Source of the DNA: Propionibacterium ruminifibrarum
GTDB taxonomy: Bacteria; Actinomycetota; Actinomycetes; Propionibacteriales; Propionibacteriaceae
Assembly: GCF_900289195.1 (NCBI RefSeq)
Contig: NZ_OMOH01000005.1
Span: 120,001 to 152,000 of the forward strand
Length of the DNA stretch: 32,000 bases
Reading direction: 5' to 3'
The notes beneath the pieces are model-generated. The model was given only the letters and a program-made list of their open reading frames with translations. It was not told where the DNA came from and made no database searches. The position numbers were made by a program, and so were the translations under genes. Below, piece by piece: positions 27,601 through 32,000 of this stretch. Numbering within the stretch: the first letter of the stretch is position 1; the number at the start of each line of letters is the position of its first letter.

Positions 27601-30131
27601 TTCGCAGGGCTGGCATCAACGCCTTCGGTGCTGGCGGCTCCAATGCCCATGTAGTTATCGAATCCTTCGATGAACCCGAATCGGCACGCCCGGCCGCAGG
27701 TGACGAACTCATCGTCCTGTCGGCGCGCGAGGCAGAACGTCTGCCGGTCGTTGCTGACGAACTGGCATATGCCCTCGAGCGTGATCCGGACGTCGACCTA
27801 CAACGGGTTGCCCACACGCTCAGGGTCGGGCGGGAGCCATTGGCCAGCAGGTTGGCTTTCGTTGCGCATGATGCTGACCATGCTGTTGCCGTGCTGAAGG
27901 CGATCTCTTCGGGGCGCGCCGTACCCGAAGTGATGACCTCGGAGGATCGCGATCCCACTGCGATGATAGTAGGTCAGGATCGGCTCAGTGCAGCCGCAGC
28001 GGCGTGGGTTTGCGGTGATCCGGTGGAATGGCCGGCCTGGGATGGTCGCTTTCCGTGCCGTGTGTCGCTCCCGGGGTACCCGTTCAGGCACGCCTCCTTC
28101 GTGCAGGAACGCACCATCGTGCGCCCAGCCTCCGCCGAGGAAGCCCGACGTGCGGAGGTGACCGTCAGGAACCGCCACGAGGACTTCCGCATCGATGAGG
28201 AACTGCGGCGCGTCGATGCGGTGAGCGCCAGCTACATGAAGGACTGGGAGCGGGTCACTCCCGAGCTCCAGCAGGCAGGCCGATGGTCGGAGCGACTGGT
28301 GGTCGTCTGTGCCCAGGAGTCCCACGACAGAACCGCGATTGCGGAGGCCCTTCGCGACGAAGGCGCCCGAGTCCTGGAAATCCATCCGGACGCGGCTCGG
28401 CATGGTGAGAAGGTCCCGGGCGATGTGACGGATGTGATCTGGATGCCCCAGAATGTCAATCCCTGTCACGACGATCCTTGGAGCCGCGAGGAACTGGAGT
28501 CGCACGACCGCAGTTTGGTTGACTTCCTCGCACTGCTCAAAACGATCGCCGCACGGGGCTCCGGTGCTCCGGTGTGCAACGTGCACATTGTCACCGATCG
28601 TGTGCAAGATCTTGACGGCGGCTGCGTACGAATGTGGGGCGCCGGGTCGAGCGCCATGCTCAGGTGCGTCACCCGTGAGCATGTGAACATCCGTGGCGTC
28701 GCCATCGACATGGATCTGTCATCCGGGGTCGAACCCGCGGACCTCGTCACATGGGTCGGGAGTATCCGCTGCACCACCGAGGTGGACGAGCTGATCGTGC
28801 GCGACGCACTGTGCCGACGACTCAGACTCTCACGTGTTGAGGTCCCGGCAGCGCGGGGCGATCTTGCAGCACCTGACAGCGTGCACGTCATCTTCGGAGG
28901 ACTCGGATCGCTCGGGTTCGAACTCGCCTGTCATTTGGTCAAGAACTGCGGCGCACGTGTGTGTCTCGTCGGGCGTTCTCCTATCGATCATGACAGGCGC
29001 CAACTGATGGACCGCCTGGGCGGCGAGGGCTCACGGGTGATGTACCGCAGGGCCGATGCCACCGATGAGTCTGCGGTCCGTAGTCTGCTCGACGACGTGA
29101 TGTCTGCATGGGGCCGGATCGATTGTCTAGTTCACACTGCCATGGTGTTCGGTGAGTCCACCGTAGAGGATCTCACCGACGAAGAGTTGCTTGACATGCT
29201 TCGTCCCAAGACGCGTATGGTCCAGGCGATCCTTCGGGCCAGCAGGGATATGGAAATTGAGCGGTTTATCGCCTTCTCCTCGTCGCAGGGCTTCTTGGGG
29301 GCGCCTCGCCGGGCTCATTACGCGGCTGCGTGTGCTGGCTTGATGAGTTTCCTCGATTCCATGCGTTCGCAGTTGAATATGACCATTCATCGGATCGACT
29401 GGGGTTACTGGGGCGCGGTGCGTGGTCGCCGCATTAGCCGTGAATATGCGGCGTTCCTCGACGCCCATAACATCAGGCCGATCTCTGTGCAGGAGGGAAT
29501 GGATGTGGTGGCTCGGGTGGTGACCAACGAAATGCCGGCGCTCACCGTCCTTACCGTTGGCGATTTGGTCCGTTCGACGATGTCGATCCTTGATAACGCG
29601 CAGCCCCGGGCGTGGAATCGACAGCGGGCAGCCAAGGCCATTCACAACGCCCCCGCACGACCGATGCCCGAGACTGATGAAGAGGCCCATGAAGGCTCGG
29701 CCCAGACGTTCGAGGAGGTCCGCTCGGCCCTTATGAGCGACCTGGCCCAGACGATCTCGTCCTCGGCATCCGAGATCGACCCGTCCCAGTCCTTCATGGA
29801 CATTGGCTTGGACTCGATCTCGGGGCTCAAATTCGTCCGCAATGTCAACTCGCACCGGGGTTATCGCCTCCCGGACACGGTCGTCTTCGAGTACCCGAGC
29901 ATCGACGCCCTCGCTTGGCACATCATTGAGGCGCCGCCGATCATCGAATCGGTTGGGCCAGCGACCGACGAAACCGTGTGCGAGAAACAGATCCAAACTC
30001 CGGACGTCGCGCCACCTGCCAACTCGGCAGCGATGGACGAGGCAGAAGAGGATTTCCTTACCTTGTTGAGGAAACTCGAGTCTAACCAGATCACCCCCGA
30101 ACAGGCCATCGGCAAGGGAGAAGTCAAGTGA
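21609..30131 (+). CDS. Trans-AT polyketide synthase, ~2840 aa: dock-KR-ACP-KS-DH(degenerate)-ACP-KS-KR-ACP-dock
   Basis: Uninterrupted 8.5 kb ORF. The track starts it at ATG 21594, a 14-nt overlap with gene4. I prefer ATG 21609, which is 1 nt after the gene4 TGA, has GGAG 21596-21599 nine nt upstream, and gives MTRQEIVAAVAAGRM... in register with the other N-terminal docking motifs. It has two KS motif sets, two KR motifs and three ACP sites. Confidence 0.93.
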   Translation: MTRQEIVAAVAAGRMTAAEAYRLLGEEATPAGASDEPREDLLHGVRIARRCWLPLAAQLPAADTGATVIITDGTDSQSMMLNELVAGEVLLELPESAADPVSSDAFDTYWTEHVQDRVRGCDHLVIVFRDPTPSMANRDTVLLFRVFQVLAHLRRTTSLAIDVVVDRQDEEALAWAMACDSFLACVRLERPLLDTRVVVVETQASLSRVVALGAELRSRGVAARLARTDASGSALLTAQVTKPGQFVEDEFLEEVDFLVTGGTGGLARVLAGGLLKRGAGHVTLCGRRGPEDLDADLVQLIERNRDRVCYVRWDPADDEDLVGLACDAVRANHRLVILHAAGVRNDAFLVKQNLKDFLTTAVPKVSMTRVVMEAARSIPNSTVVLFSSVTSLFGNIGQCAYGFANGHMDGCAVAARESSGGELRVLSVNWPLWDEGGMQLDEGARRMMSATTGMEPLPTAVGLEFLIRALYDGWQGDEALLYGDLDKLAGLLGANEAPPDRAVAREAHAPAMGAPAVPPRSCSSISAHELHRRACSFLVEVVSGVTEIPQSDIDIHAAFDQFGLDSIVAMRIGDELEANFSGLSKTLLFEYQNITDLASYFVDAHYDELLTVLGIGGSSLDDMVEQPPAAPTPSVKADRPEVQHPAVAIIGIAGRYPGATSLDQFWENLVHGVDSVREIPAERWDNEQIYDTRKGQLGRTNSRWGGFLDGIDQFDPRLFRINAREAMIMDPQERIFLETAWTAVQDAGYKVSDLHGCRVGVFVGAMYSEYQMLPACVRGRNLPHTSLHSSIANRVSYYLDLNGPSVAMDTMCSSSLVAIHYGARSILDGEATMAIAGGVNLSLTPDKYLFLAQGNFLSSDGRCRAFGEGGDGYVPGEGVGAVLLKSLEHALADGDHIYGVIRGSAVNHDGKTSGYTVPSPQAQADVISAALEQSGLEPARVSYVEAHGTGTSLGDPIEISGLKCAYGGASLGRIRAIGSVKSNIGHTESAAGIASLTKVLLQMKHHELVPSLHATRLNPMIDFDDAGFTVQRELGAWHSDGAPRVAGISCFGAGGTNCHMIVEEPAATPVRTMDPERVFVPFSSTSDEQLRALLEKYVTFLASDDARAMTLVDIAHTMTSGRDRMNAAVIIFASSIEELRERIMGFLTTGHTDANVLYRPSVEQTDDVGFLLEGEQGDDMVAHLIEQRSMEQLARVWLLGRPVDSRRLFPMARRVSLPTHVFDHDSYWLPGDGSAATESALCGVLDRNESDFDGIRFTSFIDTASEVKSAYIAPDAIVDPMVAPQLAHDGFQQLMGDEPDSFENLRLIVAPSGPAPCSFTVRADRGGAMTLLEVTDGDGAVVFQTAAGTTAESGSTATSRGGEPVLSWPGDMPDPGSIPLVTVLRACMAACTTDQSGLLGVGAVRIFSSFPIIVVRQMPALDGGDGIDLEFGSATGDVVALATNVVVTPFTLQDASMAVDDGGGQEAPVDRPPDVRAFILEVASELFGVPSSGIDEDMPFDEYGIDSVLIGKFVEAIRTRFPSMPETSFFDHTTVRSLTTYLSSLEDTEPVVAAIPAAPTAVTRSRPSVPMLASVLPDGAGGNDDEPIAIIGMSGVFPEAADLGEYWDNLRAGRESISLVPADRWDYRAWFDPETDIPTPGKIYAPWGGFIDDPYGFDHAFFNITPADARVIDPQERMLLETIWHTLEDAGRTRSDLMASGGDDLAENVGVFVGSTNHTYEFWGVEEWARGNAVATNSSPWSLANRLSYFFNFSGPSMPVDTACSSGLTALHLAVGALRRRECTSAVVAGVNLYLHPMKYVAMCQMKMLSPTGHLSAFGADADGFVPGEGVAAVLLKPISRALADGDRVRAVIRASELNHGGRSNGYTVPNGVAQTRLLQRAWRRCGVSPSTIGYLEMHGTGTRLGDPIEVEAATRAMRDATDRQGFCAMGSVKSNIGHLESCAGLAALVKVVQQMEHGVILPTINAHSVNPRLKLEHSPFVLAHEEMTWQPDERSGVRRAGINAFGAGGSNAHVVIESFDEPESARPAAGDELIVLSAREAERLPVVADELAYALERDPDVDLQRVAHTLRVGREPLASRLAFVAHDADHAVAVLKAISSGRAVPEVMTSEDRDPTAMIVGQDRLSAAAAAWVCGDPVEWPAWDGRFPCRVSLPGYPFRHASFVQERTIVRPASAEEARRAEVTVRNRHEDFRIDEELRRVDAVSASYMKDWERVTPELQQAGRWSERLVVVCAQESHDRTAIAEALRDEGARVLEIHPDAARHGEKVPGDVTDVIWMPQNVNPCHDDPWSREELESHDRSLVDFLALLKTIAARGSGAPVCNVHIVTDRVQDLDGGCVRMWGAGSSAMLRCVTREHVNIRGVAIDMDLSSGVEPADLVTWVGSIRCTTEVDELIVRDALCRRLRLSRVEVPAARGDLAAPDSVHVIFGGLGSLGFELACHLVKNCGARVCLVGRSPIDHDRRQLMDRLGGEGSRVMYRRADATDESAVRSLLDDVMSAWGRIDCLVHTAMVFGESTVEDLTDEELLDMLRPKTRMVQAILRASRDMEIERFIAFSSSQGFLGAPRRAHYAAACAGLMSFLDSMRSQLNMTIHRIDWGYWGAVRGRRISREYAAFLDAHNIRPISVQEGMDVVARVVTNEMPALTVLTVGDLVRSTMSILDNAQPRAWNRQRAAKAIHNAPARPMPETDEEAHEGSAQTFEEVRSALMSDLAQTISSSASEIDPSQSFMDIGLDSISGLKFVRNVNSHRGYRLPDTVVFEYPSIDALAWHIIEAPPIIESVGPATDETVCEKQIQTPDVAPPANSAAMDEAEEDFLTLLRKLESNQITPEQAIGKGEVK
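21710..23090 (+). other. KR domain at the N-terminus of gene5; completes the module begun by KS5-DH3 (boundaries approximate)
   Basis: FLVTGGTGGLARVL from nt 22377; LHAAGVRNDAFL; SSVTSLFGNIGQCAYGFAN. Confidence 0.85.
23193..23420 (+). other. ACP domain
   Basis: FDQFGLDSIVAMRIGDELEANF; Ser codon 23304-23306. Confidence 0.9.
23538..24803 (+). other. KS6 ketosynthase domain
   Basis: HPAVAIIGIAGRYPG; DTMCSSS (Cys codon 24042-24044); EAHGTGTSLGDPIE; KSNIGHTESAAG; GGTNCHMIVEEP. Confidence 0.95.
24804..25310 (+). other. KS C-terminal flanking subdomain (no AT)
   Basis: VFVPFSSTSDEQLRALLEKY, LVDIAHTMTSGRDRMNAAVIIFASS, ends LPTHVFDHDSYW. Confidence 0.7.
25328..25970 (+). other. Degenerate DH-like region without catalytic His or Asp
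   Basis: It opens like a trans-AT DH (LCGVLDRNESDFDGIRFTSFIDTASE). APDAIVDPMVAPQLAHDGFQQL sits where xDHxVxGxxxLPG is expected. There is no YGP motif, and IPLVTVLRACMAAC sits where HPxLLDxxxQ is expected. At about 215 aa it is shorter than the other three DH domains. Confidence 0.45.
26031..26243 (+). other. ACP domain
   Basis: FDEYGIDSVLIGKFVEAIRTRF; Ser codon 26127-26129. Confidence 0.9.
26361..27668 (+). other. KS7 ketosynthase domain
   Basis: DEPIAIIGMSGVFPEA; DTACSSG (Cys codon 26898-26900); EMHGTGTRLGDPIE; KSNIGHLESCAG; GGSNAHVVIESF. Confidence 0.95.
27669..28107 (+). other. KS C-terminal flanking subdomain (no AT)
   Basis: ELIVLSAREAERLPVVADEL, LQRVAHTLRVGREPLASRLAFVAHD, ends LPGYPFRHASF. 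Confidence 0.7.
28110..29600 (+). other. KR domain (boundaries approximate)
   Basis: VHVIFGGLGSLGFEL from nt 28881; VHTAMVFGESTV; SSSQGFLGAPRRAHYAAAC. Confidence 0.8.
29709..29927 (+). other. ACP domain (sequence type resembles the tandem beta-branching ACPs)
   Basis: FMDIGLDSISGLKFVRNVNSHRGYRLPDTVVFEYP; Ser codon 29814-29816. Confidence 0.88.
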
Positions 30132-30220
30132 GTACGGATTTTCGTCATGAGCTGATGGACATGGTGTATAGAGGAGAGATCAGCGCTGAACAGGCTGCTG
30201 CTATGTTGCCACGGGCCGGG
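30045..30220 (+). other. Putative docking pair at the gene5/gene6 junction
   Basis: Tail DFLTLLRKLESNQITPEQAIGKGE and head RHELMDMVYRGEISAEQAAAMLPRAG. Confidence 0.55.
30116..30120 (+). promoter_or_regulatory. Shine-Dalgarno-like GGGAG for gene6
   Basis: Lies 7 nt upstream of GTG 30128, which overlaps the gene5 TGA (GTGA). Confidence 0.55.
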
Positions 30221-32000
30221 AAACCATTGCCAGCGAGAAGCGGCGAGGACGTCGCGGTCGTCGGGATGTCGGGACGTTTTCCGGGTGCAGACGATGTCGA
30301 CGAATTCTGGCGGCTGATCGAGCAGCAACGCTCCGCCATCGTGGATGTGCGTTCCCGATGGCCGCAGATCGCGGAACTCCTCGACTCCGCCTCCCGCAGT
30401 GGGCACGCCTACAGCCACTGGGGCGCCCTGATGAACAGCATCACCGACTTCGATCCGGCGTTCTTCGATCTGTCGCCTCGGCAGGCGCAGTTGATGGAAC
30501 CGCGCCAGCGGTTGTTGCTCATGGAGGCCTGGCGTGCGATCGAGGAAGCTGGGTACTCTAGGGCTGAACTCGACGGTCGCAATTGCGGCGTATTCATCGG
30601 CTGTGAGGGTAGCTCGGACTATTTCCACGACATGCGGTTCGACCGCATGGACGGAAATGTCGTGCTAGGACACTCGAATTCCGTACTGGCGGCGAGGCTC
30701 TCATACTTCATGAATCTCACCGGCCCAACGATGAGCATCGACACGGCATGCTCGTCCTCATTGGTGGCCATCCACTTGGCGTGTCGTTCGCTTCTCGACG
30801 GGACATGCGACATGGCCCTCACCGGTGGGGTCACGGTCATGTATTCCATGGCCGATCAACTGCTCCAGTCAGACATGGGCATGCTGTCGCCGACCGGACG
30901 ATGCGCGACTTTCGACGTGGGCGCGGATGGCTTCGTGCCTGCAGAGGCAGCAGCCGTGCTGGTGCTGAAGAGGTTGTCGGACGCGGTCCGTGACGACGAC
31001 CACATCCATGGGATCATCCGCGCCACCGCCATCAACCAGGACGGCAAGACGAACGGCATCACAGCCCCCAGCGCACTGTCCCAGGAACGCTTGATCAGGG
31101 ATGCATGGCGGTCGGGACACGCAGACCTGTCGACAATGAGGTACATCGAGGCACATGGGACGGGAACGCCGCTGGGTGATCCGATCGAAGTCGACGCCTT
31201 GGTGCGGACCTATGGAGGACTGAGCGCCTCGGGGCGGATCGGTGTCGGGTCGGTCAAGACGAACGTTGGTCATGCCGGGGCAGCTTCGGGTGTCATGTCC
31301 ATGGTCAAGGTCCTCATGGCGATGAGGCACGGTGACATCCCCGCGAGCATCAATCTCACAGAGGTCAACCCCCGTATTCGACTGGAAGGCTCCAGTCTGC
31401 ACATTGTCAGAGACCTGGAGCCCCTGTACCTGGATGATGGGGAGGCTACCGTCGCGGTCAGCTCCTTCGGCTACAGCGGGACGAACGCCCACATCATCGT
31501 CGAGTCAGCGAGACATCTTGCCACCCCCGTGAACGGGGGTGGTCTGGAGGCTCCCGATTTGCCGTTGACGTTGTTTCTTTCCGCAGCCTCTGAGCAGGCA
31601 CTTCTGGACCTGTGCTCCGCGTATGACCGGTGGTTGGCGACGCACGGTGAGGGTTTAGATCTTCTCCAGCTGTGCATCCAGTCCTTGGTCACTAGGACCC
31701 AGATGCGGTACCGAGTGGCTGTCGAGTTCACCAACCTCGCCGAGTTGCAGGACGGCCTCCGGTGCGTTGACGGCTCTATGATCACCAGGGCCATGCGACA
31801 CGTCGACGCCCAGGACCTAGTCATTGTCGACCGACTGATCGCCGCTATGAAGCCGCCGAAGGGGGATCGCCACGGGCTGGCACGCCTGATGAACCGGCTG
31901 GTCACGACTTGGTCCCACGGAGTGGATGGTGACTACTTGGTGTTGCGTGCCTACACCGGGCGTCGGCTCAGTCTGCCCACTTACCGGTTCTCGCACGCGA
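30128..32000 (+). CDS. Trans-AT polyketide synthase, N-terminal part only (dock-KS-flank...); 3-prime partial, not in the supplied ORF track
   Basis: My own translation from GTG 30128 (GTGA overlap with the gene5 stop; GGGAG 7 nt upstream) gives VSTDFRHELMDMVYRGEISAEQAAAML...EDVAVVGMSGRFPGADDVDEFW...DTACSSSLVA...EAHGTGTPLGDPIE...KTNVGHAGAASG...GTNAHIIVESA...LSLPTYRFSHA. There is no stop up to nt 32000. Confidence 0.9.
   Translation, partial: MSTDFRHELMDMVYRGEISAEQAAAMLPRAGKPLPARSGEDVAVVGMSGRFPGADDVDEFWRLIEQQRSAIVDVRSRWPQIAELLDSASRSGHAYSHWGALMNSITDFDPAFFDLSPRQAQLMEPRQRLLLMEAWRAIEEAGYSRAELDGRNCGVFIGCEGSSDYFHDMRFDRMDGNVVLGHSNSVLAARLSYFMNLTGPTMSIDTACSSSLVAIHLACRSLLDGTCDMALTGGVTVMYSMADQLLQSDMGMLSPTGRCATFDVGADGFVPAEAAAVLVLKRLSDAVRDDDHIHGIIRATAINQDGKTNGITAPSALSQERLIRDAWRSGHADLSTMRYIEAHGTGTPLGDPIEVDALVRTYGGLSASGRIGVGSVKTNVGHAGAASGVMSMVKVLMAMRHGDIPASINLTEVNPRIRLEGSSLHIVRDLEPLYLDDGEATVAVSSFGYSGTNAHIIVESARHLATPVNGGGLEAPDLPLTLFLSAASEQALLDLCSAYDRWLATHGEGLDLLQLCIQSLVTRTQMRYRVAVEFTNLAELQDGLRCVDGSMITRAMRHVDAQDLVIVDRLIAAMKPPKGDRHGLARLMNRLVTTWSHGVDGDYLVLRAYTGRRLSLPTYRFSHA
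30245..31510 (+). other. KS8 ketosynthase domain
   Basis: EDVAVVGMSGRFPGADD; DTACSSS (Cys codon 30749-30751); EAHGTGTPLGDPIE; KTNVGHAGAASG; GTNAHIIVESA. Confidence 0.93.
31511..32000 (+). other. KS C-terminal flanking subdomain (no AT), running to the window end
   Basis: LTLFLSAASEQALLDLCSAY, LCIQSLVTRTQMRYRVAVEFTN, LSLPTYRFSHA. Confidence 0.7.

Noticed and set aside
1295-31510. Non-elongating KS0 domains, which are common in trans-AT PKSs.
   Set aside because: All eight KS domains retain the active-site Cys, the HGTGT His and the (N)xGH His, so none can be called KS0 from sequence.
1-32000. tRNA or rRNA genes, CRISPR arrays, IS elements or inverted repeats, promoters and terminators.
   Set aside because: No spaced direct-repeat arrays, transposase-like ORFs or non-coding stretches longer than 9 nt exist between the six genes. 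The window is essentially fully coding on the plus strand.

Overview
The whole 32 kb window is one co-directional (+ strand), GC-rich, tightly coupled operon segment encoding a giant modular polyketide synthase of the AT-less (trans-AT) type. All calls come from reading motifs by eye; no HMM or BLAST search was possible. There are six ORFs, the first 5-prime partial and the last 3-prime partial. The last ORF is missing from the supplied track because it has no stop in the window. Domain order by gene: gene1 ...ECH-ACP-ACP. gene2 KS-DH-KR-ACP-KS-ECH. gene3 ACP-ACP-KS. gene4 (KS flanking subdomain)-DH(variant)-KR-ACP-KS-DH-KR-ACP-KS-[ACP-like insert]-DH. gene5 KR-ACP-KS-DH(degenerate)-ACP-KS-KR-ACP. 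gene6 KS-flank... All eight KS domains keep the Cys-His-His catalytic residues. I found no acyltransferase, methyltransferase, enoylreductase or thioesterase motifs. Gene junctions are 0-9 nt or overlapping (ATGA, GTGA), and each has a Shine-Dalgarno-like site, so there is no room for internal promoters or terminators. I found no RNA genes, CRISPR arrays or mobile elements. The many long minus-strand ORFs are antisense artefacts of GC-rich coding DNA. Observations worth follow-up: (1) two beta-branching modules with in-line ECH2-like domains and tandem ACPs, one split across proteins, and the upstream ECH carries Gln where the other has a conserved His. (2) A single in-frame TAG separates KS3 from its own flanking subdomain, at the only junction without docking helices. 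(3) An ACP-like unit with a GMDS site sits inside the flanking subdomain of KS5. (4) A DH-like remnant lacks both catalytic residues. (5) The same helix-Gly-helix docking motif recurs on both sides of four protein junctions. (6) KS sequence subfamilies track the chemistry of the preceding module. The trans-AT PKS class is well known; whether this assembly line is undescribed cannot be judged without database searches.
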